DNA of 63,283 nt, the filler included, from Globobulimina sp. (taxonomy: Eukaryota): NCBI GenBank assembly GCA_003354225.1. It is 33 parts of 33 records of this genome, joined end to end, with 100 filler letters (N's around TTAATTAATTAA, not from the genome) between each part and the next. Parts side by side here need not be neighbours in the genome. Positions count along the whole stretch, not along the records: positions 23,058 to 24,878 come from PIVH01011548.1; positions 24,979 to 26,799 come from PIVH01011549.1; positions 26,900 to 28,720 come from PIVH01011550.1; positions 28,821 to 30,641 come from PIVH01011551.1; positions 30,742 to 32,562 come from PIVH01011552.1; positions 32,663 to 34,483 come from PIVH01011553.1; positions 34,584 to 36,404 come from PIVH01011554.1; 26 more parts are not named here. The stretch is one strand, 5' to 3'. Of this stretch, positions 22,958 to 35,020 are shown in pieces. The stretch's first letter is position 1; each line of letters opens with the position of its first letter. Below the pieces are notes generated by a model, which saw only the letters and a list, made by a program, of their open reading frames with translations, searched no databases and was not told the DNA's origin. The translations under genes were made by a program, and so were the position numbers.

Positions 22958-23934
22958 NNNNNNNNNNNNNNNNNNNNNNNNNNNNNNNNNNNNNNNNNNN
23001 NTTAATTAATTAANNNNNNNNNNNNNNNNNNNNNNNNNNNNNNNNNNNNNNNNNNNNAACACCACTGTAATATATGTACAGATATATGTATTTACATGTC
23101 TGGAGAAAGCAGACGGGTCACCCGGTACATTAGCTGTAGACAGTTTTCTAGTTGAGAAACTTTTTTAATATATGATCCCGTGCCGAACGCCTACTTAAGC
23201 CACCTACTTTCTAACTGACCATTGTATCTACAGATGCGAAACGTCTATACACTGATATAACAGATGCAGATGGAATATTATACTCTGTATTATGTATCCA
23301 TATGGTACCGGTATACAAAACAGATTCAGATGCACACGCAGCAGTGTATCCAAGTTATTTTACAAGTCTACTAATAGAGAATCATTCAGTATAACGTATA
23401 CCTTATTTGTACAAACATGTTAAAACAAACCAGATGTACAAACAACAATCAACCAAACATGTATTATGTACTTTGAAACATCTTTACCAGGAACTATCAA
23501 GTCAGATTTCTGTGTATTGGCAGTTTACTTATTTGTAAACACTATGTTTGAATGATATCATTCCTTTTGTAAACACTATGTTTGAATGAAAATGATGAAT
23601 ACCATTTGGGAAATACTTTAAAATGTAAATGTTTTGTTTGTATTCACTATTGTGACTTGTCTATTGGTATTTAATTGCAACAATAACGTAATATGCGATT
23701 GACGTTTTTAATTTGAAAGAATAACTTCACTGGTCGCAGAAAAGATCAATTCACAAAATTAAAATTCTTTAAGGAAATTCTTTAAGGAAAAATCAAAAAT
23801 CCTAGGATTTTCCTAATAGGACATACTTACAACTCTGCCATTGACATATTGATCATAGATTGTGTTTCAGCAATGCAAAATGGCTCAATATCAGGTGTAA
23901 ATTATTATTCAAAGATGAACAACTGTCAAAAAGG

Positions 23935-24615
23935 TCAAAACAAAATCAATACTCTACTTTCCACAGATTTACGTGTTTCTCCATTGTAATTACAATGATT
24001 CGGTGTGAATGAACCATGCGCGTTTGGTTTGAATGCATCGGATCTGTAATGAGTAAAAATAAACATTTCATCATTGCTCATATCAGGATAATAATAATAT
24101 TTCTGGCTGTCCTTGTAGATAACTGCTGCTATATCACCTTTAATTGTCATGAACGTTCCATCAGACAGTTTTGTTTTATAATTCTTTGTAAAAATAAAAA
24201 CATCTTCCTGTTGTAAAGTATTAGCATCTAATAACGTCAAAGAATCTTTACAGACAGTCTCTTTCATGTGAACATGTGTCCATGTACCAATAAGCCATAA
24301 GGTAGCATTTGATAAAATTGAATCTGTAAACTCTTTGTATGCACTGCTTGAGGCAAGGCTTTCACGAGATTGCACTTGATCAAAGTGGAACCCTCCAATA
24401 GGATTATTATCTCCTGTACCTCTCCACACTGAACGCAACATTTGAATTCTTTTTGCTGTTGGAAATTGTTTTGCTAATAAACTAATAATATGTTCATCAT
24501 AGTCTTCTTCACTTAATGTGTCCACAAATGATTGGTTTTTGATCATCATAAATCCAGTTTCTTCGAATGATGCATTAATATTACGAGCATTGTGTACTGA
24601 TGTTTTCTGGTACCT
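23935..24615 (-). CDS. CmcJ/NvfI/AsaB-like Fe(II) oxidoreductase, 5' end disrupted
   Basis: VHNAR...FEETGF, HFDQ, LLDANTL, QKYYYYPDMSNDEMFIF, NAHGSF, RKSVESRVL. Confidence 0.75.
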   Translation of the reverse strand, partial: RYQKTSVHNARNINASFEETGFMMIKNQSFVDTLSEEDYDEHIISLLAKQFPTAKRIQMLRSVWRGTGDNNPIGGFHFDQVQSRESLASSSAYKEFTDSILSNATLWLIGTWTHVHMKETVCKDSLTLLDANTLQQEDVFIFTKNYKTKLSDGTFMTIKGDIAAVIYKDSQKYYYYPDMSNDEMFIFTHYRSDAFKPNAHGSFTPNHCNYNGETRKSVESRVLILF

Positions 24616-24978
24616 CTATTACGAGCATTGTGTACTGAACAATATTTTGATGAGATTGTAGGTAGCATCTAAATAATCCATTAACGTTGCATCGTGGAGT
24701 TGCCATAGGGTTTTTGCTTTTAGTTCATTTCTTCAATCAACATTTAAATTTTCTATTTCTTTACTAACATTTGAGTGCTTCACTTTGTAACTAAGTATGC
24801 TGACCATGGGCTATAACTCTTTGGCAAAATCCCCCAGATGGTCGAATCGATTGTGTTTTCATTGTAGAGGCACATTCCNNNNNNNNNNNNNNNNNNNNNN
24901 NNNNNNNNNNNNNNNNNNNNNNTTAATTAATTAANNNNNNNNNNNNNNNNNNNNNNNNNNNNNNNNNNNNNNNNNNNN

Positions 24979-25477
24979 ATATTCGACAGGTGATGGAGAG
25001 TGAAGAGTATGTGAGTGTTGATACTGAGACAGAAAAGAAGGAGGAGAGTGAGGAGCTGGATGAAGAGTTTGTGAATGTTAATAATGGTTTACAAAAAGAA
25101 AAAGCGCATAAACTGGCTATGGGTTTAAATATTCCAATGGGTGGATCGTTGCGGAAAAGTTACGTTTTTATTTAATTTATAGCGATGTTATTTAGATTAG
25201 TTGTGTGTTTTGCTGTTTTTGTTGTTTATATAGAGAAAAAAGCGAGGATGCAATCTGGACAAATTAGAGAATGTTAAGTGAATTTAATTGTGTTTATTTT
25301 ACGTTTGTATATCATATGTTTCTATTATTATGCACAGTGCGTCAACAAGAATTTGAAAAACCAATGATTTCGTCAAATGTGAGATCTCCAAAAAAGAGAG
25401 CAAATTTAATAAATACGGATAATGATTTGGGAAATGTGGATGGTTTGCAATTAGCGAATGGTGTTGATGATCACTAA
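24979..25477 (+). CDS. 3' exons of an unidentified gene
   Basis: Short acidic ORF pieces separated by AT-rich GT..AG segments. Confidence 0.35.
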
Positions 25478-25768
25478 TAAACTTTGAAATGTGTTTTTAT
25501 TTTGATGTTAAAGTGATTTTTGTATCAATTATTTTTAATAGCAATCTATTTTGTGTAATCACTTTATGTCTAAATATTTGACATTCAATTTGCAATAATC
25601 AGCTGTTGCAGTCTTGGAAATTGTTTTTTTCATTTTCAAAAGTAATTTAACGTTTTTTTTACAAATAAACTTTTTCTTTAACAAAATATCTCTGATACGT
25701 GATTAGCTTGACGCAATCCTACACTTTCCCTTTTCAGTAGCACAACCAACGAATAGTTGCACGTAACT

Positions 25769-26799
25769 ATGTCTGGGATTAAAGATTTAACATTATCGAG
25801 TAAATGGAGTATTACGTTACACGATCCTTCATCAATAGATCAGCCATTTGCGACATTAGGTCAATTTAATACAATCTTTGGATTTTGGCAATTATATAAC
25901 GCGGCAATTGTGGAAAATAAAATTATCGAAATCCTGCCACCACGTGTAAATATAACCATATACAGAGAGAACCCGGGAATCAAAGCGAAGAAAGACATTA
26001 AGCAATGGCACGGCGAGTGGAATATCAAATTACATCACCTGACCAATCCCCTCAAAATCTACAAAAAACTGGTTTTATTAGTGATTGGCGAACAGCTGAC
26101 GAACAAAATTCGTGGTTTAGTGTTGCAGCGCATTCCTGTGGATAACGACAAGATGAATTTCAGTGTGTCTATCTTCACAGACTGCAAAAATCCACAATTA
26201 GACGTTAAAAATATATTATTATCAAATGACGTGATTGATTTAAATTTTTGTATCAATAAAAGAGCCGTATTTCTCCCGTTTAAAATTATTCATATTCCGA
26301 TGGAAGAACCGGGCCCTGAACAGAAGCAGTATGAAGAAATAGCGGCAATGATTGACGACAATATACCGTATATCAAATACAATATGGAGTCTTTACTGCA
26401 ATATTCAAAGTTAATTGAAAATGCAAATTCCAAATATTTAACGGATTCGAACCGCAATAAATCTACAAATGAACTAGCAAACATAACTAATAATCTAACT
26501 AATAATAGAAATACAATGATAGCTACAACTCCATTACGTCCATATGACCTTTCGCCACAATTCGAACACCGCGATTGCGTGCTGCAATTGTTTGGAAAGC
26601 ATAACAATGCCTACCTTATAAGTCTGGTAAACGACAAAGAGATGATTGCGAAGATATTATTTGCTGAAGGTTGCGTTATTTGCATGCAGCCATATTTTGA
26701 ATCGCCATATAATAATTGTAATAAATATAATAATTGTAATAAAAAAAAAAATGAAGATATAGATAAGAATGATAGTGCCAAGGAGCCGGATGCCGCAGT
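25769..26799 (+). CDS. Divergent eIF4E-fold protein with C-terminal extension, truncated
   Basis: L.SKW, FNTIFGFWQLYN, LPP, GEW, LVLLVIGEQ, IRGLVL and SIFT occur in eIF4E order. Confidence 0.75.
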
Positions 26800-26982
26800 N
26801 NNNNNNNNNNNNNNNNNNNNNNNNNNNNNNNNNNNNNNNNNNNTTAATTAATTAANNNNNNNNNNNNNNNNNNNNNNNNNNNNNNNNNNNNNNNNNNNNA
26901 ATTTTAAGCGTTTTATGTTGACTCAGTGCAGTAGTTAAAAACAGTGTTTTCATTTTATTACTGAATCAAAATCTAATGCGCG

Positions 26983-28148
26983 ATGGGTTCCAACTGCAGT
27001 TGCGTCAGAGGCTTTACATGCTTCGCAAATGATAAAAATGTCACCACAATTGATGTAATTCGTCATGAATCAATTAAATGGATTTGGTCTGACACTCATG
27101 AAGCAGCATTACAAGCTTCTCTGACAGACATCCCAATGGACATTATACACTTAATCAAAAAGCATGCCTTCTATCAAAATAAAGATAATTTCATCTCCAA
27201 ACCAAGCATATGTGGGGAAACCTATTACTATAAACTGAATAATTTAATCTCCAGAAATCTTTGTTTCAAATGGTATGTGCATCAAATGTATTGGATGCAA
27301 TCGCTTCCAATCATTGTAACAGGAAAAAGTTAATTATCTCTTTCAAATTAATTTCTTTTCAAAAACGCTAATTACTGGATACCATTTTGCACACATCTTA
27401 ATCTCAAAAATTAATACAGATTCGCCATGTACATATTTCTAAGATTTGTACACCTTTAAATGTGACATTTTTGTATATTAAAAGCATGGTCATATCTGAA
27501 GCTTGTTTTGTTTATAATATAAAAACAATCTGATTTATTTTGTCATAATTTTGTTGTAGATAAATATGGCAAAAAGTATACAATAATTTGCGTGTTTTAC
27601 AAACAGACAAAGCGAGTAAACAACGCATATATGACTCTTTTGCAAATAATTCCCAATTCTTGCCGGTATTACATATGTACACAAGTTTTGACCAAAGTGA
27701 GTTACCATTCGCTCGTCGTACTGTTGTAATTAATAAAAAACCAAAATGTAAAGTCTCTGTTAAATTAAGTAACACAGATTTAAATATGATAAATCCGAAA
27801 ATTATCGGCAATGCAGCTGTATTTATGATAATTTTGAATGAATCGGATGACATAAATGATGCGGATGAGGTAATGGAGGAAATAATAGAAATTGACGAGT
27901 CATTTCAAAAGAAAACGTGTATTTTGGTGCGGATTGATGAGAGAAATGTGAATAATAAACATAATTATAAGGATAGTAAAATATGTACAAACGCAGAAGA
28001 TACTCAATTATGTAGAAAATATAATATGTCATCAATTCAAACAACATTAAACAGTGACAAATCAATTCATGATTTATTCTCGTTTTGTATCAAATATCAT
28101 TGGTTTTGCCATTCTCAATCTGAGAATATTAATATTCAAACTCGTTAG
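26983..28148 (+). CDS. N-acylated protein with a degenerate Ras-like fold (two exons, junction unclear)
   Basis: MGSNCSC myristoyl/palmitoyl signal. Second exon has AVFMIIL, CILV and SIHDLF in small-GTPase order but no intact G motifs. Confidence 0.4.
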
Positions 28149-28820
28149 CATATTTTTCGTTGGATGCGATTGATAAAAGATTTAACAATTTTTAGCTGCT
28201 CTTATATATAGCTTCGGAAAATTATTAATGAATTTTTGATTGCTTTATCAGTTACATTTGTTTTTTGTGTCTGAATTCTGAAAATACAAACTCTTTCTCG
28301 ATAGACATTGTTTTTGGTGCGGTCCATTATATTAAACCATATTTCTCGTTTATATGATGGCACAGTGTAATGAATTGTTTTTTTTCTTTATTAGAAGGAA
28401 CTGTGTTTCATTATTTCCTTTTGTGTTTTTGTTAATAATCACACAACGTTTTTGTGATTTATGTGTTTTGTTAACATGTTGTTGTGTGCTGTGTTATGGG
28501 TTTCTTCTTTATAGTTTGTTTTTTATTATGTTTTAGATTGGGGCACGCATTCAACATTTACGCATTAGTTAAGACGTCGAAATCCTCACTTACCGATCGA
28601 CTGTACACTGTAATTTACACAGGTCTTTGTAGAAATTCTGCATCACAAAAAATTAAAAATTTACAAATATAAAAAACTTGTTAAAACCAAAAATCAACAT
28701 TAAAGAACAAACATATTCAANNNNNNNNNNNNNNNNNNNNNNNNNNNNNNNNNNNNNNNNNNNNTTAATTAATTAANNNNNNNNNNNNNNNNNNNNNNNN
28801 NNNNNNNNNNNNNNNNNNNN

Positions 28821-29435
28821 GGACAGATATCCAACAAATATGTGAGTTATATATTGAATGTATCGCAATCTGTGTTAACTGGGCAGGCCTCCAATGGGTC
28901 GGATTCGGCATCGGCGCCGCTTTTACAATCCATAGCCTATGCCATTGGTATTATTGCCGTCAAGAAAGGATTGAATACGGATAATTTAGCCAAATGGCTG
29001 CATTTATTGAAGAATAATATCATCGATGCTGCGGATGCGAGGAATGAGGATAATATCTCAGCGACAGAGAATGCCATTTCTGCCATTGGCAAAATATGTA
29101 AATGCTATGAGAGTTATACCAATAATGATTTTATTGTTGATTGGATGCAAATGTTGCCGCTGATCAATGACAGCGAAGAGAGAGAGTTTTGTAATACGTA
29201 TTTATTACAAATATTGAAACAAACGTCGTTGTTGAAAGGCATTGTTGAGTCTAATAATTCGCAAATGATCAATAAGTTGATTCATATCATTGCCGTTGCC
29301 ATTGTGAATAATGACAAATCGGAAAAAGAATTCAAGCAATTATTCACGCACATTAATGACAAATGTAAATCAAATATTATACAACAATCCATCGCAAGTT
29401 TATCAAATGATTTACAATCTGTGTTTAAACAATAA
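28821..29435 (+). CDS. IPO5: Importin-5 (karyopherin beta-3)-like C-terminal HEAT region
   Basis: YAIG, ATENAISAIGKIC, W..MLPL.ND.EE. Confidence 0.75.
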   Translation, partial: GQISNKYVSYILNVSQSVLTGQASNGSDSASAPLLQSIAYAIGIIAVKKGLNTDNLAKWLHLLKNNIIDAADARNEDNISATENAISAIGKICKCYESYTNNDFIVDWMQMLPLINDSEEREFCNTYLLQILKQTSLLKGIVESNNSQMINKLIHIIAVAIVNNDKSEKEFKQLFTHINDKCKSNIIQQSIASLSNDLQSVFKQ

Positions 29436-29534
29436 TTTGAGCATTTTATAATGACTACAGTTCTATTTATTTAATTTCCCTTTTAATATTACTTGCTTAT
29501 ACATTTTTTTGAAAACTTTTTTTTTCATCTTACC

Positions 29535-30290
29535 ATGGCAGTATTATTGCGTCTGGTGTCGCTCATATATGTTGTTTCTTGCTTTAGATACGAGAGAGAA
29601 TGCAATCCAATGGATTATGGTGCTAAAGGAGATGGACAAACAGATGATACCATTGCAATTCAGAAAGCGATGAATGAATGTTATTTGAATGAAGAGGGAG
29701 GAAATGGTTTGGTTTATTTACCATCCTCGAAATCATTTTTATCATTTCCATTAAATGCAACGTCTGCATCAAACATTGGTTTTCAAATGATTTGAATAAA
29801 TGGCCAACAAACTTTACTCACCGCAATGATTTCTTATCCTTTGCGAATATTACAAGTTTAGAGATATTTGGTGGAGGTTTGATCAATTGCCAAGGACAGA
29901 TATGGTGGAAACATCCCAACAGTTCCCGGCCAATCACCGTTAAAGTTACAAATAGTTTGGATGTATTAATTACAATTTAAATATAACCGTTAAAGATCCG
30001 CCGGCCCAAACTTTGGACATTGCTGGGAGTTATATAGAAATATCACTCCAATACACTCCAATATCGTCTACAGACAACTCCAATACATCCAATTCGTCGC
30101 ATAATACGGATGGAGTCATGGTCCATTTTATATTCATGACTGCTATTTTGACACTGGAGATGACAATGTTGCAATTCACGCAAATGATACGTTGGTCGAG
30201 GACTGCTATTTTGGCCATGGCCATGGTGCTTCCATTGGTTATTTGCATGGCGGATACTATAAAAATATAAGTGTTTGGAACTGCTACAAA
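29535..30290 (+). pseudogene. GH28 polygalacturonase-like gene, frameshifted
   Basis: Signal peptide, DYGAKGDGQTDDT.AIQ.A, GGG.I..QGQIWW...RP, HNTDG, TGDDNVAI and GHGHGASIG, spread over several frames with stops. Confidence 0.8.
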
Positions 30291-31117
30291 TGTATCGCCG
30301 CGATCGTGTTTGATGATAGAAACATAAACAAAAAATAAAATTTAATTATTTTCAATATTAATTACTTTTAATCATATAAAACTTTTCTAGTCTCAAAAAT
30401 AATTATGTAACCGTTCAAAAATTCATTTCAACTACTTCTATCATAAAAAAAAATTCATTTCATTTCAACTACCATTCAAAAATTCTTATAATTTTTAAAA
30501 AAATATAATAATTTAAACTACCTAAATAACAAAACTAAACTTTTTTTTTTTTTCTGTGAAAACCTTTCAAGTAAAGTATAATTTAATTATACTCAATAAA
30601 CTTGAGATTGATTCTATCTTGCTAGACAACACATGAGTTGCNNNNNNNNNNNNNNNNNNNNNNNNNNNNNNNNNNNNNNNNNNNNTTAATTAATTAANNN
30701 NNNNNNNNNNNNNNNNNNNNNNNNNNNNNNNNNNNNNNNNNCTCAGGTTCTGGAACGAAGGGGATCGACGACATGATTTTGCCAAAAACAGTCTTTTTAA
30801 AACAAAAGTATAGGGTGAGAGTCTTTGCAAAACATGGTGTTCCTGCTTATGTTTTGATACGGCATGCTACTTCGTTGTATGCAGACACTTTTTGCTCTTC
30901 AATCGCTTTATCGATGCTTTTTGAGTGTTTTTTGGCCGCTTCCAAACAAATATTACCATAAAAACCCATAGACAACAATGTGAGTACATTTTTAACGATT
31001 CTTTTAATTACTTTAGTATGTATCTGTTGTTAATACCTGGTTTGTGATCAGATGTTGTTTGGTTGCCATCTTCAAAATTGTTTTTTTGCAAAACTTAAAG
31101 TTAACTGCAACGGTTAC

Positions 31118-32104
31118 ATGTTTTCTATTGCTGTCATATCTGTGATTGTCATACACGGCATTGCTCAACATGTAGATGAAGAAATCTTTCATGATAACTG
31201 TTCCTCGTTTGCAGGCTGGACAAAAAGCGATTTGTCAGATGCAGAAATGTCGGGAATAGATGAGTCAGAAGTAACATTATCCAGTTTTGAATGTACAACT
31301 CAATGGTGTTTCCAAATCCGTACTGGTCATGTAATCACAAGCTCATCTATTTCCGTCGAAAATTATCAAAATGTCACACTTCAATATGCAATCAAACCGT
31401 TCTGGTTGGAAGCCAACGATTTCTGCAACGTATATTACACTCAAAATAACAACAATTGGACGTTACTGACCCAGTACGGATCCCATATGAATAACATATG
31501 GCAAAATGTCATCACCCATTCATTACCGTTAACAAACAATTCTAACCATATCAAACTCAGATTTTCTGTAACAGCAAACACCAATGATACTGACAGCTGT
31601 TTCATTGATGAAATCTATGTGTTTGCCACGCAAATATCGCAACCTCCGCAAATAACTGATAATGGTATGATGGTCATTGGAATTATTGTAATAGCATCGA
31701 TCGGCTTTCTTTTTGTGATCTGTTTCTTCAAAATTCTAAGCGACCAAATCGAGTTATTTCTGATTTCGACAGTCAAAAGCAATCAGGTGGCGAGTATGAG
31801 TGTAGGCGGCGCGAATTTGTCATTTTTAGAAGAAGAAGAAAAGGTAGTTATAGATCCGCAGCATATGCATAATTTTGCTGTGACTCGCAAGTTTGCAGCA
31901 GCACGAAAACAGGAGGCTGAGATTGGCAAATTTGAAGCAGAGGATTTGCGCAATTTTAATTTTGCGTTAACGAGGAGATTTTCAGGGACGGGTTCAATTT
32001 TAGATGGTAATGTAGCGTCTGACAGTTCGTTGAATTTGCATGAAGTGAATGAAAAATTGAAATATCATATTTCGGGATTAACTGTTCAAAAACAGGCAAC
32101 GTAG
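31118..32104 (+). CDS. Type I membrane protein with a beta-rich (MAM/jelly-roll-like) ectodomain
   Basis: Signal peptide, C-containing beta-rich domain ending CFIDEIYV, one TM, and a tail with a duplicated NFA.TR.F motif. Confidence 0.6.
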   Translation: MFSIAVISVIVIHGIAQHVDEEIFHDNCSSFAGWTKSDLSDAEMSGIDESEVTLSSFECTTQWCFQIRTGHVITSSSISVENYQNVTLQYAIKPFWLEANDFCNVYYTQNNNNWTLLTQYGSHMNNIWQNVITHSLPLTNNSNHIKLRFSVTANTNDTDSCFIDEIYVFATQISQPPQITDNGMMVIGIIVIASIGFLFVICFFKILSDQIELFLISTVKSNQVASMSVGGANLSFLEEEEKVVIDPQHMHNFAVTRKFAAARKQEAEIGKFEAEDLRNFNFALTRRFSGTGSILDGNVASDSSLNLHEVNEKLKYHISGLTVQKQAT

Positions 32105-32953
32105 GATTTGTTGCCCCGCCGTAGCTGAGACGATTGAGTTTATTGGAAAACAAATTATGCGAAGTAAATATAATATAATATGCAGTGTTAATTAATTTTA
32201 TTTTTTATTATGTGTATTGTTTTTTGTTTTTTAATCCTTATTAGTGGTTTGTTTGTGTTTTTTGCAATTGCCATGATCTTACATCTGAAAAGGACATGTT
32301 TCTTTTGTACTTTCCTTTTCTCGTTTTATTTTAGAATTTGTTTGTAGGTTTATAATTAATTTAATGTTGCAAGAATACTAAAATACAAGAATATGTAACC
32401 AAGTGGGCTCGCTTCGAGTACCTAACTAAAAAAGACCATGTAAAATTAGTCTGAATTTATCAATAATTTCTTTTCATTTAATATCGTTTCTGTTAATTCC
32501 CACAACATAACCTGATGTGTTTTATTTTCCATATCACTCCTCAACTGTTCATTTGCCACATTNNNNNNNNNNNNNNNNNNNNNNNNNNNNNNNNNNNNNN
32601 NNNNNNTTAATTAATTAANNNNNNNNNNNNNNNNNNNNNNNNNNNNNNNNNNNNNNNNNNNNGTGATTCCGGGCTTGGAATGCCCCAGGGACCGGCTAAT
32701 GCTTCATTCCCCGCACTTTCCTACTGGACACGCTCATGTCCATGTCCTGCCGGGATCGTGCGGAATGTCGCCAGTGGTGTATTGATATGGTCGGATTTTT
32801 CCGGGACCGAGTCAAGTCAAGGATAAACTGGCCCATGATTCCATGGAGTTTCCCTGTCCCATCCCATCAACTCCTCCTTTGCGTCATCCATCGGGTATGG
32901 CAAAGTAATCGCATGAACAACGCCGAAGCCGTTGCGCACCGAGGACACGAAGC

Positions 32954-33305
32954 ATGAACATCCGGATCATTGCAGGTTTGGGTATGGCGCTGCTCGCCGG
33001 TGGCCTGATGTTCATCTGGTACCTGGGACAACAACAGGAGGCGGAGGCCCCGTCGGGTCCACCGCTGACGGAAGCACCGCGGCCCCGAACTCTGCCGGGC
33101 CTCGCGGTGCCCTCCGGCCCGGCCGCGGTCGATTCCTTTCTCACCGTCTACAACGAACGGTTCAGTGAACTGGCGGCCGACCGGGCGTCGGCGTCCTGGA
33201 CGGCCGCCCGTGAACCCGGCAGCCAGGCGGCGAGGCATAGCCTGACGACCGCCCGTGCCCTGGGAGATTATACCGGCAGCCGGGAGACCATCTCACGGTT
33301 GCGCG
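32954..33305 (+). CDS. N-terminus of a GC-rich bacterial membrane-anchored protein (M2/M3-like metallopeptidase?)
   Basis: GAGG RBS, N-terminal TM, helical FL..YN..F..L....ASW segment, high GC3. Confidence 0.45.
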
Positions 33306-34216
33306 TGATCGGAAAACATGGCAATATGCCCAATCTAATCATATCCGGTCCGCCCGGCTGCGGCAAAACCACATCCATTCATTGTTTGGCATTGCAGCTA
33401 TTAGGTCTTAAAAATTATAAAACCGGGCGTGCTGTCTTAGAATTAAACGCGTCCGATGCCCGCGGCATTGATGTGGTACGTAATAAAATCAAAATGTTTG
33501 CCCAGCAAAAAGTAACTTTGCCAGCCAGCAGACACAAAATAATCATATTGGACGAAGCTGACAATATGACCTCCTCCGCACAGCAGGCATTGCGGAGAAC
33601 GATGGAGTTATACAGCAAAACCACACGGTTTGCCTTAGCCTGCAATGTCTCGTCGAAGATTATCGAGCCCATTCAATCGCGCTGTGCTATATTGCGGTAT
33701 ACGAAATTGAATGAAAAGCAAATATTGTCGCGTGTGCTGCAGATATTAAGTATGGAGAAAATTAATTCATTTACAGACAAAGGATTGGAGGCAATATTGT
33801 TCATTGCCGATGGCGATATGAGGAACGCCATCAATTCATTGCAAGCTACGTACTCTGGGTTCAATATGATATCCGACGAAAATGTCTATAAAGTGTGCGA
33901 TGTCCCACATCCTGTTTCCATTCGAAAGATATTGGATTTTGTGAAGATTGGTGATGTAAAATCTGCGGTTTTGAATTTGAATGCTTTGTTAAAAATGGGC
34001 TTCAGTACACTTGACTTTATATCGACAATGTTTCGAGTGACTAAGACGTATAACGGGGTGGAGGAGAGAATAAAGTTGGAATGGATCAGAGATATGGCAT
34101 TTGTGCATGCGCGGATTGCGGATGGATTGGATTCTTCCTTACAATTAGCTGGCTTATTGGCAAAGATGTGTCTTTCTACAACCAACAAAAGTGACCAAAC
34201 CAATAATTATCATTGA
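33284..34216 (+). CDS. RFC2: Replication factor C small subunit (human RFC2/yeast Rfc4 type), N-terminus missing
   Basis: [74 protein letters not shown]. Confidence 0.95.
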   Translation, partial: ETISRLRVIGKHGNMPNLIISGPPGCGKTTSIHCLALQLLGLKNYKTGRAVLELNASDARGIDVVRNKIKMFAQQKVTLPASRHKIIILDEADNMTSSAQQALRRTMELYSKTTRFALACNVSSKIIEPIQSRCAILRYTKLNEKQILSRVLQILSMEKINSFTDKGLEAILFIADGDMRNAINSLQATYSGFNMISDENVYKVCDVPHPVSIRKILDFVKIGDVKSAVLNLNALLKMGFSTLDFISTMFRVTKTYNGVEERIKLEWIRDMAFVHARIADGLDSSLQLAGLLAKMCLSTTNKSDQTNNYH

Positions 34217-34585
34217 ATTGGACCAATTGGTGACCGCTCTTGCTCTTTTTTTTTATAATACAAATTTAAGTTATTTAATTTAAAAGTGTCAAAATTCTAA
34301 TCACAAACAGGCAGTGTTTTGGATATCGAACACCTTTATTTTTTTAATAGAAATATTAAAATTATTTCAAACAGTCATTATTTGCAAGCATTTGCATATC
34401 TTTGTTCTACATTTTTCCAATTAACAACTTGCCAAATACTCTTTAAAAAATCCGGTCTTCGATTTTCATATTCTAAATAATACNNNNNNNNNNNNNNNNN
34501 NNNNNNNNNNNNNNNNNNNNNNNNNNNTTAATTAATTAANNNNNNNNNNNNNNNNNNNNNNNNNNNNNNNNNNNNNNNNNNNNAT

Positions 34586-34972
34586 AAATCAGGAACAAAA
34601 CATTTTGTAAATATTAAAGATTTACAATTTGATATTAAAAACTTAAATATTAAAAATGGAGATACTGTAGTATGGACTAATTATGATCAAATAAGACATA
34701 CAGTCATAAATAATGATGGTAAAATAAATAATAGTGATATCTTATATGAATATGGAAAATATACACATACTTTTCATAGAGAAGGAACTTTTGAATTTTA
34801 TTCTTCATTATACGACAATATGGACAAAATGACAGTAAATGTTGAAAAATCATTAAAAGGTAAAAACTTTTATGGAGAAATTGGAAGTAATATTGTGACA
34901 ATGATTAAAGAAATCATTGGAAGTATTATATTTTATGTAACATTCGGTATTAAAAAAATAATGAAAAGATAA
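34586..34972 (+). CDS. Cupredoxin (plastocyanin/amicyanin-like) domain with C-terminal hydrophobic helix, 5' truncated
   Basis: Own translation, not in the ORF track: VNIKDLQF...LNIKNGDTVVWTNYDQIRHTV...YTHTFHREGTFEFYSSLYDNM. Confidence 0.8.
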   Translation, partial: KSGTKHFVNIKDLQFDIKNLNIKNGDTVVWTNYDQIRHTVINNDGKINNSDILYEYGKYTHTFHREGTFEFYSSLYDNMDKMTVNVEKSLKGKNFYGEIGSNIVTMIKEIIGSIIFYVTFGIKKIMKR

Positions 34973-35020
34973 TTTTAATATAAAAAAATAATTATATATA
35001 ATATATAGTATTGAGTTATT

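Noticed and set aside
32954-34216. Novel membrane-tethered clamp loader
   Set aside because: A composition break and shared junction word indicate a chimera.
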